Of a stretch of DNA of 59,828 bases, positions 27,549-37,368 are shown one piece after another (positions within the stretch are counted from its first letter, which is position 1; each line of letters begins with the position of its first letter). The position numbers were made by a program, and so were the translations under genes. The notes under the pieces were generated by a model that was given only the letters and a program-made list of their open reading frames with translations, did no database searches and was not told where the DNA came from. This DNA comes from a virus (lineage: Duplodnaviria; Caudoviricetes): IMG/VR virus record IMGVR_UViG_3300037558_000788, positions 1 through 59,828 of that record. One strand, written 5' to 3'.

Positions 27549-29337
27549 AGCTTAGTAAGCTGGTATCGGGATTGTTGAGTGCGCCACTAAGAGTTTTAAT
27601 CGTAACCTGTTTCCTGTATCCCGAACCCTTTTCGTCTTTCGGTGGGTCAATAGCCACGAGTCCTAGACGTTGACGAGCGCAATCGAGCGCAAGGAATGCG
27701 GCGTCCGCTAAGTCAGGACTACGACCGAACCGAGCCTTGAACTCCGGTTTCGATTCGATTTTCACTCTGAGCGTGCCTGTTCCTTTAGTCATATCGTAGT
27801 TTCTGGCGCACATTTCCTTAGCTAAATCAGAACCCACTCCGTAGATCTGTTGTGTCCGAAGCAGTTCTTTGCCGACGAACCAGAGTTCTGACACACGATT
27901 TGTGTAAAGTTCTGCTCCGGTAAGTTGGCTATTCATGCTGACTCTCTTGTCGGAAGCTTTTCCGCCAAAGGTAACGCGCATGAACGAACTCTCCCATTCG
28001 CCAGCCAGAACGTCGCAGAAGGGCGCACCTGCTCCGGTCGAGTCGAGAGCCACATTGTTAGCAGAGATATCCCTACGTTTGCAGTGATCGATAATTTGGT
28101 GGACAATCTGGTAGGTGCGGGGAACCGCCTTGTTTGTGGCGTCGTCATTGAGATGTATAGCTTCTCCTAACTTGCAGACGTATTGGCCGTTTCGAGCGTA
28201 GCCGACTTCTGCTGTATACATAATGGTTCTGTCACCGCCGTTAGTGAACGCCGGATCGATTCCGGCAACGACGGTCGGCTTGTCTGCCCAATCGACCTCG
28301 CCCATCGCCCCACCTTTGATAAGCTCTGCTTCTGAGTAGATTCCGGTTGTTTCGTCGGAGTCGAAGAATACGGCGCGAACCATTCGCATGTATCCTCTGG
28401 ATTCCGGCCCCAATAACGCCCTATCCTCTGCCAGCTTCTCGGCTGTCGGCAGCCAAGGAAACTTAACTTCTCCTAGCGTAATATTAGGACTGCGCTCCCC
28501 ATCGAGTCGGAGGTAGTGGCCTTTCCATTTCGTGGTCCACCTGTCAGCGGTCTGCGTGTCTATGGACTCCCAGCCTTTCTTAGGCTCTGACCACACGCCG
28601 AAAGCATCGAAGCGGCTGTTTGGGTTAGACATTCCGATCATCTGGAAGAATGGGTTCTTAGATAGGTTAGTCAGGCCAGCCTGCAAGATACTTTCAGAAA
28701 GTTCTGAAAGTTCATCACCAATCATAATTACCCGCTTTTGCTTAATCCCGATGAATTTGCCGATTGCCTCTCGTGTCTTCGACTTCTCCGCCGCAATCAG
28801 AGATAATCCGGCCCGTTCGATAAGCGTGCCGTTCTCATCTACATAAGCGGCGTTGCCGATTGAATCCCGTATCTTGATTGGCGCACCATCGATCACCGAT
28901 AACAAAGACATAACTGAACCCCATATCCTTTTTCGTGCTTCCCGTAACGTAGTTGAGGTCATCAGGACCAGTGTATCGCGTGGCTGGCAGAGCCATTGGA
29001 CGATCCCCCATGCCGCCATCGTGTGTGACTTACCGGATGAAGCAGAGCCACCAATCGCTAGATACTTATGTTTGATGGCTGACCGAATCATTTGCTCTGC
29101 CCAAAGATGGCGAACCATCATAGGTTCTGGTAGCTCTTCCCTATTCCAAAGTTCGTCGCAGACTCGCCAGAAGTAAAACTCTTTGGCCTTGTCGTTGGGG
29201 TGATGAGCGAAGCCGTATAATAGAGAGGTCAGTAGACTTGTCGGTGGGATTATCAGTCCCCCTACGTCCATCTGCTTAGATTGTGGGTCGATGCGTGGCT
29301 CTAGAACGCGCTTGCGCTTGTCTGCTTCTGAGGGCAT
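27547..29337 (-). CDS. terL: Terminase large subunit
   Basis: Walker A GSASSGKS, Walker B IMIGDE, motif III MSNP, nuclease motifs AGIDPA..GGD, LDSTGAG and SPDLADA. Start taken as MPSEADK. Confidence 0.92.
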   Translation of the reverse strand: MPSEADKRKRVLEPRIDPQSKQMDVGGLIIPPTSLLTSLLYGFAHHPNDKAKEFYFWRVCDELWNREELPEPMMVRHLWAEQMIRSAIKHKYLAIGGSASSGKSHTMAAWGIVQWLCQPRDTLVLMTSTTLREARKRIWGSVMSLLSVIDGAPIKIRDSIGNAAYVDENGTLIERAGLSLIAAEKSKTREAIGKFIGIKQKRVIMIGDELSELSESILQAGLTNLSKNPFFQMIGMSNPNSRFDAFGVWSEPKKGWESIDTQTADRWTTKWKGHYLRLDGERSPNITLGEVKFPWLPTAEKLAEDRALLGPESRGYMRMVRAVFFDSDETTGIYSEAELIKGGAMGEVDWADKPTVVAGIDPAFTNGGDRTIMYTAEVGYARNGQYVCKLGEAIHLNDDATNKAVPRTYQIVHQIIDHCKRRDISANNVALDSTGAGAPFCDVLAGEWESSFMRVTFGGKASDKRVSMNSQLTGAELYTNRVSELWFVGKELLRTQQIYGVGSDLAKEMCARNYDMTKGTGTLRVKIESKPEFKARFGRSPDLADAAFLALDCARQRLGLVAIDPPKDEKGSGYRKQVTIKTLSGALNNPDTSLLS

Positions 29338-29340
29338 AAT
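29312..29340 (+). promoter_or_regulatory. Candidate promoter for the replication operon, embedded in the terL 5' end
   Basis: TTGCGC-17 nt-CATAAT, ending 7 nt before the ATG at 29348. Confidence 0.5.
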
Positions 29341-29347
29341 TAAATCG

Positions 29348-29989
29348 ATGTCTGAAAAACCTGTAAGAGAGTGCGAGGCTGAAGCCTTGCGCCTTAACAA
29401 AGAAGGTTACAGTAATAGTGCGATTGGTCAACACATTGGGGTCCACCGCAATACAATACGTAAGTGGTTAAAGAAACACGGAGTTGCCGCAAAGATGAAC
29501 GGGGACGTGGTAGAGGGTAAGGTTCTCGACAACCTGATACACAATACGGACATCAAAGAAGAACACCTGAAGCCCGACGTAGACAAGGATCAGCTCAAAG
29601 AGGATGTTGAAGAACACTTCAATGAGACGATGAGTTCAGCTATTGTCGAAGAGCGGTTCCGTGCATCTAAACAAGAGGACGTTACCCTCAACGAGATAGC
29701 GGAAGCGCAGAACTCTCCGGCTGATAAATATCAGCACTACATCGCAGCAGCCGGAATTAAGTTGTTGCGGGACTCTATAAAGACTTTACGTGGGCCGAGA
29801 ACGATTCGTGAGATGTCAGAACTCGATCAGCTCATTAGGCGTAACTTAGGTCTTAACGCCAAGACTGGAGGGGGGGCTAGCAAGATGCAGATTGATATTT
29901 CTATCCTGAATAACTCTAAAGCAGACAAAGGCGGAGGCGCAATCAAACAGAAAAAAACGATTGACGCGGATACCGGAAACGAGATTTAA
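29348..29989 (+). CDS. HTH protein, possible terminase small subunit or regulator
   Basis: N-terminal HTH YSNSAIGQHIGVHRNTIRKWLKK; helical body; adjacent and divergent to terL. Confidence 0.65.
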   Translation: MSEKPVRECEAEALRLNKEGYSNSAIGQHIGVHRNTIRKWLKKHGVAAKMNGDVVEGKVLDNLIHNTDIKEEHLKPDVDKDQLKEDVEEHFNETMSSAIVEERFRASKQEDVTLNEIAEAQNSPADKYQHYIAAAGIKLLRDSIKTLRGPRTIREMSELDQLIRRNLGLNAKTGGGASKMQIDISILNNSKADKGGGAIKQKKTIDADTGNEI

Positions 29990-29999
29990 TAGCATTACA

Positions 30000-30230
30000 A
30001 TGTTCCAAGATCGTGAACCAGAGGTTGGTCCCAAATTCATTACCCGAATTGATGAAGGAGCGGATTTCCGTTTCCCTGTCGATACCGCTGACGGTCTTTG
30101 GTACCGCGTGAAGCCATCAACGGCCCGCGAAGTATTATACTTGCAGTCTCTGCCGAAAGGAATCAGGATTCTCGTTCCTGCTGAAGGCGATGGCCTACTA
30201 GTCAGAGGAGACTCTATACCCGTAAAATAA
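30000..30230 (+). CDS. Hypothetical protein
   Basis: Start MFQDREP; TAATG coupling to the next gene. Confidence 0.6.
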   Translation: MFQDREPEVGPKFITRIDEGADFRFPVDTADGLWYRVKPSTAREVLYLQSLPKGIRILVPAEGDGLLVRGDSIPVK

Positions 30231-30610
30231 TGAAACCCGAAACCCTATTCCGTCTTCACGAAGAGACGTGTAAGAAAACGCTCAACATTATGCGGGCAAA
30301 GAACAGCGACTACTGCGGTGGTGCTGGAACCGTAGATGCTCTTGCGAACTTCAAGTCTGCTAAATCACTTGGCCTCCATCCGGTTACCGGACTCCTGTTA
30401 AGGATGCAGGATAAACTGATGCGGATTAAGTCGTTCGTTAACGACGGTGAGTTAAAGGTAGCAGGTGAGTCAGTAGATGACGCCTGTGAAGATCTCGTGA
30501 ACTATTCGATTCTCGCGAAAGCCTTACTCTCTGAGGAGCGTGAGTGTGGCACTTGCAGCAATCCGGTATCTGGTGGTGAATGCGACAATTTGTATTGTCC
30601 TGAGAAATGA
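30230..30610 (+). CDS. DUF1599-like (nucleotide modification associated domain 1) protein, putative NTP pyrophosphohydrolase
   Basis: KNSDY, ANF, RMQDKLMR and ESVDD...DLVNY motifs; C-terminal Cys4. Confidence 0.7.
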   Translation: MKPETLFRLHEETCKKTLNIMRAKNSDYCGGAGTVDALANFKSAKSLGLHPVTGLLLRMQDKLMRIKSFVNDGELKVAGESVDDACEDLVNYSILAKALLSEERECGTCSNPVSGGECDNLYCPEK

Positions 30611-31095
30611 TCGTCGGCATCGACAACGGATTAGATGGCGGACTTTGTGCAATATCTAAATTTGATGGTAGCCTCATTGATAAGATTAGGATGCCGACTC
30701 TTCAGATGTCGAAGAAGAAAGAAATCGATATCCGTAAAGTTCATCAGTGGATAATGGACTTGAATACGCCTTTTATTTTTGCGGTAGAAGAACCGCTTGC
30801 ACACGCGAAGAGCAGCCAAGCTGTGCGGTCAATGGCGATCTCATTCGGTAAGTTAGTCGGGATGGCTGAGTCCCATGATTACGAAAACATAATGCGCGTG
30901 TCCGTTCACAAGTGGCAGAAGGTCATGTTGGGCAGAGTTCCTAAAGGTAGGACTAAAGAAGTTGCCTTGGAACTAGCAAACCAGTTAGAGCCATCGGAGA
31001 ACTGGCTAGCTAATAAAAGATGCCGAACTCCTCATGACGGTATGATCGACGCCTACCTTATCGCTCGATATATTTGGGGTAGTAGAAAAAGTTGA
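30607..31095 (+). CDS. ruvC: RuvC-like Holliday junction resolvase
   Basis: IVGIDNG..G, AVEE, SFG, V..WQK and HDG..DA.LIA. Confidence 0.85.
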   Translation: MIVGIDNGLDGGLCAISKFDGSLIDKIRMPTLQMSKKKEIDIRKVHQWIMDLNTPFIFAVEEPLAHAKSSQAVRSMAISFGKLVGMAESHDYENIMRVSVHKWQKVMLGRVPKGRTKEVALELANQLEPSENWLANKRCRTPHDGMIDAYLIARYIWGSRKS

Positions 31096-31150
31096 ACTTT
31101 TTCTGGACATAGCTAGTCGTTTCAATTATTTGTCTGTGTATAGACAATAA

Positions 31151-32443
31151 ATGAAGACATTATATCCAAAGCAGCGAGAGGCTTTTGACTTCTTTCTAGC
31201 AAAACATAGATTAGATTTGAACTCACTCGACACTAGCCATGTCGGGACTGGTAAGACGGTGGTAGCCGCCCATCTAGCTAAGACCTTAAATAGACCTGTT
31301 GCAGTCCTCTGCCCTAAATCAGTTATCCCGTCATGGGAGCGTGAACTCAAGGAGACTGGAATCGAGCCACTGTTCGTTCTCAACTACGAGAAGATCCGAA
31401 CTGGTAAAACAGAGTGGATGTCGAAGCGGGGCAAGAAGATCATGACGTGGCACTTGCCAGAAGACACACTAGTGCTAGTCGATGAGGTCCATAAGTGTAA
31501 AGGGCCGTATACACAGAACGCTCAGCTTCTCGTGTCTCTCGTTACACAAGGCTATTCAATTCATGCGATGTCCGCTACTGCTGCGGAAGACCCAACTGAG
31601 ATGAGGCCAATCGGATACGCATTAGGGTTACATAATCTTAACAAAGCATCAGATGGTCTCAAGAGTTGGTTCAGTTGGATGATGCAATACGGCTGTTTAC
31701 AAAACCAGTGGAACGCATGGGAGCTGCGCCGTAAAACCAAACTCAGTGATCTCAATAAGGTTATGTATGGGAAGAATGTTAAGCGTCTCACAGTGGATGA
31801 CTTTCCTGACTCGTTCAAAGAGAACCGAGTTTTTATTGAGCCGATAGCTTTTGGTTCCGCTACTAAGATCGCTAAGGCTTATAAAGATCTTGGCATCACT
31901 CCAGAGATCATCACTAGTCTTCTAGAGAACGGAACTGTCGAAGACAGTGATTGGGTTCTCGTTAATTTGTTACGCGCTCGCCAGCTAGCGGAGTCGCTCA
32001 AAGCTAAAGACATGGCTGATATGGCTAAGGATTTCGTAGAGCAAGGTCATAGCGTTGTATTGTTTGTAAATTTCACAGATACTGTAGATACCCTCTGTGA
32101 ACTACTAGAATGTAAGTGCATTAAAGGAGGACAGAAAGTCGAGGACAGGCAGGACATCATCGATGCTTTTCAAAGGGACGAAGAACACGTCCTAGTTATT
32201 AATACTGCGGCTGGTGGAACCGGAATCTCTCTACACGACATCAACGGAGACCGCCAACGGATCTCGTTGATCTCGCCTACCTTTAACGTCAAGGATCACC
32301 TACAAGCGTTAGGGCGCATCCACCGCAACGGAGCAAAGAGTGATGCCATCCAGAAGATTCTGGTTGCAAGCGATTCGATAGAAGAACATGTTATGCGTGT
32401 TGTTGAGCAGAAGTCTGAAAACCTAAATACTCTACACCAATGA
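31151..32443 (+). CDS. Superfamily 2 helicase
   Basis: Q motif LYPKQ, GTGKT, DEVH, SAT, GGTGISL and QALGRIHR. Confidence 0.9.
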   Translation: MKTLYPKQREAFDFFLAKHRLDLNSLDTSHVGTGKTVVAAHLAKTLNRPVAVLCPKSVIPSWERELKETGIEPLFVLNYEKIRTGKTEWMSKRGKKIMTWHLPEDTLVLVDEVHKCKGPYTQNAQLLVSLVTQGYSIHAMSATAAEDPTEMRPIGYALGLHNLNKASDGLKSWFSWMMQYGCLQNQWNAWELRRKTKLSDLNKVMYGKNVKRLTVDDFPDSFKENRVFIEPIAFGSATKIAKAYKDLGITPEIITSLLENGTVEDSDWVLVNLLRARQLAESLKAKDMADMAKDFVEQGHSVVLFVNFTDTVDTLCELLECKCIKGGQKVEDRQDIIDAFQRDEEHVLVINTAAGGTGISLHDINGDRQRISLISPTFNVKDHLQALGRIHRNGAKSDAIQKILVASDSIEEHVMRVVEQKSENLNTLHQ

Positions 32444-32598
32444 AAACAGAAAAATACCTAACCCCCAAAGAACAGATGGAAGTTAAGTTGCTTCGTCACG
32501 AGATCGATATGCTTAGTAAAGCGATTAGTCGGATTGTTAGTAGGCGGGACGAACTAACGAAGAAAGTCGAGGACATCGTAAGCCAGATAGAAAAATAA
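32440..32598 (+). CDS. Small coiled-coil protein (52 aa; not in the ORF track)
   Basis: MKTEKYLTPKEQMEVKLLRHEIDML...; ATGA overlap with the helicase. Confidence 0.6.
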   Translation: MKTEKYLTPKEQMEVKLLRHEIDMLSKAISRIVSRRDELTKKVEDIVSQIEK

Positions 32599-32600
32599 TC

Positions 32601-32921
32601 ATGACACAATTAAAAAATATTGCGGTGTCCGTAGCACACCTGTTGGAAGCGGGTATCACCCAAACAGAGCGTCTTTCAATGCTCGCGTATATCGCATCTA
32701 AGGACGGAGTCGATACGGGAGAAGTTGGTAAAGCCTTTAAGTCTTCTCGCGCTAAAATTTATGGGGCGATGACCGCGTTGCAAAAAATAAACCTGACCCG
32801 ACAAGAACTCAGAGTCGAAATGGAAGATGGCGTCAAAAATAAAGTCGGTTACTGGCACGCCACTCCTTACGCTAAGGACGTATTGAGTAACTTCTATAGC
32901 TCACTTCAAATTAACCACTAA
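32601..32921 (+). CDS. Winged-helix DNA-binding protein
   Basis: ITQTE...LAYI....GV...EVGKAF..SR..IY....L, a MarR/TrmB-like pattern. Confidence 0.6.
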   Translation: MTQLKNIAVSVAHLLEAGITQTERLSMLAYIASKDGVDTGEVGKAFKSSRAKIYGAMTALQKINLTRQELRVEMEDGVKNKVGYWHATPYAKDVLSNFYSSLQINH

Positions 32922-32933
32922 AACTGAAATATA

Positions 32934-33170
32934 ATGAAAATAACGGGATACGCAAATATAGATAGCGGAGCTGAGACTGCCGGATTAAGGGCATTTAAAA
33001 GAAACGCTGATTGGGAGTCCGCCATAAAAAATTGGGAGGCTCAAAAGAAAAATAGCTTGTGGATTAAAGCGGCTCTTAAATCTTTCCGACGCTTTGGGGG
33101 CGTTGTCCCCGATAAAGAACTCGATCGCCGAGCTGTTAAAAAGAAATTAACGATGTGCGACTTCTTATAA
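32934..33170 (+). CDS. Hypothetical protein
   Basis: 78 aa within the operon. Confidence 0.55.
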   Translation: MKITGYANIDSGAETAGLRAFKRNADWESAIKNWEAQKKNSLWIKAALKSFRRFGGVVPDKELDRRAVKKKLTMCDFL

Positions 33171-33338
33171 AAACTCTAAACAAAAAAATGAAACACGTTA
33201 ATACATTAAGAAAATACGCAGGTCACACTAGGTCATCTAATGACCGAATTACATCCTCTGAAGCCAAACACCTCTATACAGGTAAGTATGCTAAAGGAAA
33301 CCAAACAAACAAAAAGAAACGTAGAAAAAAGTAAAATT

Positions 33339-33551
33339 ATGAAAACACAAAATAACGATACTCCAATGGCATTCGACGACGGAGGTATGACCTTGAAAGC
33401 TTATTTCGCTGGTCAGGCTTTAGCCGGAATACTAGCCCGAAATAACGGCTTCATTCTCTCAGATGAGGTTCATCGAGAAGATGTAGCTAGCACAGTATGG
33501 TTGATAGCAGACGCTATGATCGAAGACCGTTACGCTACCTCCGACATTTAG
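33339..33551 (+). CDS. Conserved small phage protein (GMTLRDYFAGQAL-type)
   Basis: GMTLKAYFAGQALAG...A.....IADAMI; start taken as MKTQNN. Confidence 0.7.
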   Translation: MKTQNNDTPMAFDDGGMTLKAYFAGQALAGILARNNGFILSDEVHREDVASTVWLIADAMIEDRYATSDI

Positions 33552-33552
33552 T

Positions 33553-34650
33553 ATGAGTAACCAACCGGACCATCAAAGCAGGGGCCACGCGGAGTTCTCG
33601 CCATCTAGCCTGAAGTATGTAGCCGCTTGTGCGGGGTATCAGGGCCGTGATGGCACTTCGGCTGCTGCCGAGATGGGGACCAGAATTCACGAGGCTCTAG
33701 AAGTCTTCGATCCTTCTGCCCTGCACACCGAACAAGAGCATGAGATCTACGAAGAGATCGTAGAGATGGAGCAGGACTTCATGGCTAACTTCGGCGAGGT
33801 CTCAGAGGAATTAAACGAGATCCAAGTTGAGGTTGCCCTAGACGGAACCGAGACATGGGGAACCTGTGACCGATTTCTAATCCTTAAAGGCGATGACCGA
33901 GCCGTCATGGCCGACTACAAAACCGGAATCAGTATCATCGATCCGCCCGATAAGAACTGGCAAGCTAAGGCTTATACGACTGGAGCCTTCCAGAAGTATC
34001 CAAACATTCAAGAGATCGTCTTCGCGTTCTACGTGCCGCAACATAATGCGACCCTTCATCACACGTTTACGCGAGGCGATCTCCCTACTCTGGTCGAAGA
34101 CCTTAGCCGTGTTATTACGGCAGGTGAAAAGATTCGACCGAAGTGGCAGTCTGGCACGCCAGAACTAGAGGAATGCACCCCAACTCAATATTGCCGATTC
34201 TGTAGACACGAAGATATTTGTCCCTCGTTAGGTGGACTCGTTATTAGCGTCGCTAAAAAACTAGACACCACGTTACCGGACATCGATCCTACTGACGTAG
34301 ATAATCCGGCTAGACTCTCTGAGCTATTCAACATCGCGAAGATTGTTGAGAACTGGTCAGCGTCCATTAAACGTAAAACACTCGACGCCCTTAAAGACGG
34401 CGAGCAGCTTGATGGACTTAAACTACGCTCGATGGGGAGGACTCGAAAGATTTCTGACAATGCTACTTTTGTAAAAATTGCAAAAAAACATGGAATAGAT
34501 CTCGACACGTTACTCGACCAAGTTAACATCCCGCTCGCCAAGGTTGCCAAAAAAGCGGGAGCCGATAGCAAACAACCTTTCCTCGACGAATGCGAAGATG
34601 CAGGAATCGTAGAAACATCCGACGAGCGACACTGTGTCGCGACTCAATAA
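33553..34650 (+). CDS. DUF2800/Cas4-like PD-(D/E)XK nuclease
   Basis: HAEFSPSS...C, GT.IH, WGTCD, DYKTG, QAKAY and CRFC.....C. Confidence 0.85.
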   Translation: MSNQPDHQSRGHAEFSPSSLKYVAACAGYQGRDGTSAAAEMGTRIHEALEVFDPSALHTEQEHEIYEEIVEMEQDFMANFGEVSEELNEIQVEVALDGTETWGTCDRFLILKGDDRAVMADYKTGISIIDPPDKNWQAKAYTTGAFQKYPNIQEIVFAFYVPQHNATLHHTFTRGDLPTLVEDLSRVITAGEKIRPKWQSGTPELEECTPTQYCRFCRHEDICPSLGGLVISVAKKLDTTLPDIDPTDVDNPARLSELFNIAKIVENWSASIKRKTLDALKDGEQLDGLKLRSMGRTRKISDNATFVKIAKKHGIDLDTLLDQVNIPLAKVAKKAGADSKQPFLDECEDAGIVETSDERHCVATQ

Positions 34651-34674
34651 ACCAAACCAACAATAATTGATATT

Positions 34675-35331
34675 ATGGCTAACACCAAAAAACAAGAAGT
34701 CGTTGCTGCCGAGATCAACACTGGTCTTTCCACCAACGTAAGCGGAATTGAAATCGACGTAGAAGACATCGAGATTCCACGTATTAATGTCTGTCAAAAG
34801 ATGTCTCAGTCTGACGCTCCAGTCGGGTCGATCCTCTTCGACAAGACATATGAGATTGCCCCACCAGAGACTCCAGTTAAGACAATTACTGTCGCTGCCC
34901 AGAAGGGCTGGCGGGAGAACATCCCCTTCGATGAAGAGGATATTCCCCGCATTGCTTGGTCTAAATCTGAATCTGAGGCTATCGCAGCAGAATCAGAATG
35001 GGGTATGACTGAGTTTGCGGAGATCACTCTCCTCATGCGCCAGCCTGAAGGGAGTGGGAATGACGAAGCATTTCAGTTGCCTATCGGCGATCACAACTAC
35101 GCATTAGGAAAGATCAACGTAGGTAAGAACGCGTATCGTTCAACCTACAAGCGTCTTGCAACGTTCGCCGCTCTTCAGTCTGGAATTCCTATTCATAGCA
35201 AAGTATGGAACTTCGTGTCTGAAGAACTTAGTAAAGGTAAATACACTTGGTTTAATCCGTCGCTTAGTGTGACTAAGGAAGAAGCTAACGCAGATGTCAC
35301 CGCCTTTGTTAAAAACTTTCTCGGAGCTTAG
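34675..35331 (+). CDS. Putative single-stranded DNA-binding/annealing protein
   Basis: DIEIPRI...QKMS N-terminal motif; position between nuclease and polymerase. Confidence 0.55.
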   Translation: MANTKKQEVVAAEINTGLSTNVSGIEIDVEDIEIPRINVCQKMSQSDAPVGSILFDKTYEIAPPETPVKTITVAAQKGWRENIPFDEEDIPRIAWSKSESEAIAAESEWGMTEFAEITLLMRQPEGSGNDEAFQLPIGDHNYALGKINVGKNAYRSTYKRLATFAALQSGIPIHSKVWNFVSEELSKGKYTWFNPSLSVTKEEANADVTAFVKNFLGA

Positions 35332-35333
35332 TT

Positions 35334-35525
35334 ATGACTGACGAAGAGAAAGAACAAAAAACCCGCGATCTCCTTCTCGAAGAGATCACGATGCTCGACG
35401 GCATGATCGCTGAAGTCGAGGATCAGCTCTCCCAAGTCGGAGCCAACTTGAGAAAGTTGAGGGTAGTTCGGGAAGCACTCCAGCATGTTACTGGTGAGCA
35501 GACTGAATTAGATTTGGACTCGTAA
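35334..35525 (+). CDS. Small coiled-coil protein
   Basis: 63 aa with a heptad pattern. Confidence 0.65.
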   Translation: MTDEEKEQKTRDLLLEEITMLDGMIAEVEDQLSQVGANLRKLRVVREALQHVTGEQTELDLDS

Positions 35526-35543
35526 TACTAGTAGTTAGAAAGC

Positions 35544-35592
35544 AAGCCCGCCGCAGAGTTTTCCAATTTTTTCTTTGCGGTGGGCTTTTTCT
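35544..35592 (+). terminator. Terminator-like hairpin before the DNA polymerase gene
   Basis: AAGCCCGCCGCAGAG...CTTTGCGGTGGGCTT followed by TTTCT. Confidence 0.7.
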
Positions 35593-35610
35593 GCTCACAA
35601 ATAAACTTAT

Positions 35611-37368
35611 ATGATTACATACGCATTAGATTTTGAAACCTACTACGACAAGCATTGCTCGATACGGAAGCTCGGCCCCTTAGGGTATTTTTCCCATTAC
35701 GACTTCGATGCTTATATGGTGAGCGTCGTTGGTGATGATGGATACGAATGGGTTGGCCACCCTGAAAATTTTGACTGGCCAATGCTTAACGGCAATATTG
35801 TCCTGTCCCATAACGCATCATTTGATGAAACGCTTTACCTCTACGGCATCAACTATGGTTGGTGGCCTAAAGTAGAACCCGCCGAATGGCACTGCACTGC
35901 TGACATGGCTGCTGCTGTGGGTTTGCCACGATCATTGAAGAACTCAACTGCGGAAGCTTTCGACTTAGAGATCTCCAAATCTACCCGTGATAACATGTCA
36001 GGTAAGACGTGGACTGGTATGACTAAGGAGTTCCAGAAGGAAGTAGAAGAATACGCCATCAAGGACTCTGTTCTCTGCCTCCGTCTGTGGAAGGCTTATG
36101 AGGCCAAATGGTCTCAGTTTGAGCGAGACATCAGCGTCACTAACCGACGTATCGTCCAGAGAGGAATCCCGATTGATGTGGGTGCTTTACGTAAAGCGAA
36201 AGAGACAATCAATGAACTCATTTTTGAAACTGAAAAGGCGATTCCTTGGGCCGACGAAAAGCCCCTACTTAGCCGTAAAGCATTTGACGAGCATTGTATC
36301 GAGTTAGGCATTGAACCGCCTGCTTCTCTCGCTAAGACTGATGTTGATGCCCAGAGATGGATACTCGCACACGGCCACAAATACAAATGGATTGAGGCCG
36401 TAACGAACTGGCGTCGCATTAACACGATCAAGAAAAAACTCGAAAGTTTCGACCACGCTACCATGCCAGACAACCGATACTACGGGGGCATCATGTATTT
36501 TGGTGGACACACCGGACGCTTTAGTGGAAGCGGTGGGAACCTCAACCTCCAGAACTTGCCTAGAGAAGGTATGTTCGGAGTCAATATGCGTAATTTGATT
36601 ACTGCTCCTGAAGGTAAGAAGCTAGTCGTTGTTGACCTCTCACAAATCGAAGTCCGCACTCTATGCTGGTTATCTGGCGACCGAGACACGATGGATGCTA
36701 TCGAAGCATCCGATGACATTTACGAAGCGTTCGCAATCCAATTCGGCCTGTGGTCTGAAGATAAAGGAGTCCTGAAGAAGGAAGATGCCAAGCTGAGGCA
36801 CAAAGTAAAGGCTCTCGTATTAGGCTGCGGCTACGGTGCAGGTGCTAAACGGTTTGCTGAGATGTATGATATGCCTCTGCAAGAAGCTCAAGACGCTGTC
36901 AATCTTTACCGGAGGAAGATCGCGAAGGTTCCCCGCTACTGGAAGAAACTGGACAAAGAAGTCGATAAAGCGTATAATGCTGGTCGCCTGTCTCTGACAC
37001 TCCCGTCAGGAAGGTCGCTTAACTACGGAAATCTTCGCAAGACTCTGGCTCAAGGACGAGTTCAGTTTGTCTCCAGTATTAACCGAAATGGTCAGAAACG
37101 CATCATGAAACTATGGGGTGGAGTCCTCGCTGAGAATCTCTCGCAGGCTTTGGCCAGAGATATTTTTAGTTTCATGATGTTAGAGATCGACAAGGCAGGC
37201 ATAAATATTATCTTCCACGTTCATGATGAAGTAATCTGCGAGTGTGATGAAGATAAAGCTGAAGAAACCCTACAAAAAATTACCCAAATTATGTCCACTC
37301 CTCCTGAGTGGATTAGCGATATTCCTCTGGATGCAGAGGGAGAAATTCTAACCCAATACCAAAAATAA
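35611..37368 (+). CDS. polA: DNA polymerase, family A, with 3'-5' exonuclease
   Basis: Exo I DFET, Exo II HNASFD, Exo III YAIKD; TGRFS, NLQNLP, motif A DLSQIEVR, motif B R..VK...LG..YG and motif C HVHDE. Confidence 0.95.
   Translation: MITYALDFETYYDKHCSIRKLGPLGYFSHYDFDAYMVSVVGDDGYEWVGHPENFDWPMLNGNIVLSHNASFDETLYLYGINYGWWPKVEPAEWHCTADMAAAVGLPRSLKNSTAEAFDLEISKSTRDNMSGKTWTGMTKEFQKEVEEYAIKDSVLCLRLWKAYEAKWSQFERDISVTNRRIVQRGIPIDVGALRKAKETINELIFETEKAIPWADEKPLLSRKAFDEHCIELGIEPPASLAKTDVDAQRWILAHGHKYKWIEAVTNWRRINTIKKKLESFDHATMPDNRYYGGIMYFGGHTGRFSGSGGNLNLQNLPREGMFGVNMRNLITAPEGKKLVVVDLSQIEVRTLCWLSGDRDTMDAIEASDDIYEAFAIQFGLWSEDKGVLKKEDAKLRHKVKALVLGCGYGAGAKRFAEMYDMPLQEAQDAVNLYRRKIAKVPRYWKKLDKEVDKAYNAGRLSLTLPSGRSLNYGNLRKTLAQGRVQFVSSINRNGQKRIMKLWGGVLAENLSQALARDIFSFMMLEIDKAGINIIFHVHDEVICECDEDKAEETLQKITQIMSTPPEWISDIPLDAEGEILTQYQK

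Noticed and set aside
33553-34650. Cas4 as part of a CRISPR-Cas system
   Set aside because: It is a stand-alone DUF2800-type nuclease in the replication module, with no other cas genes or array.
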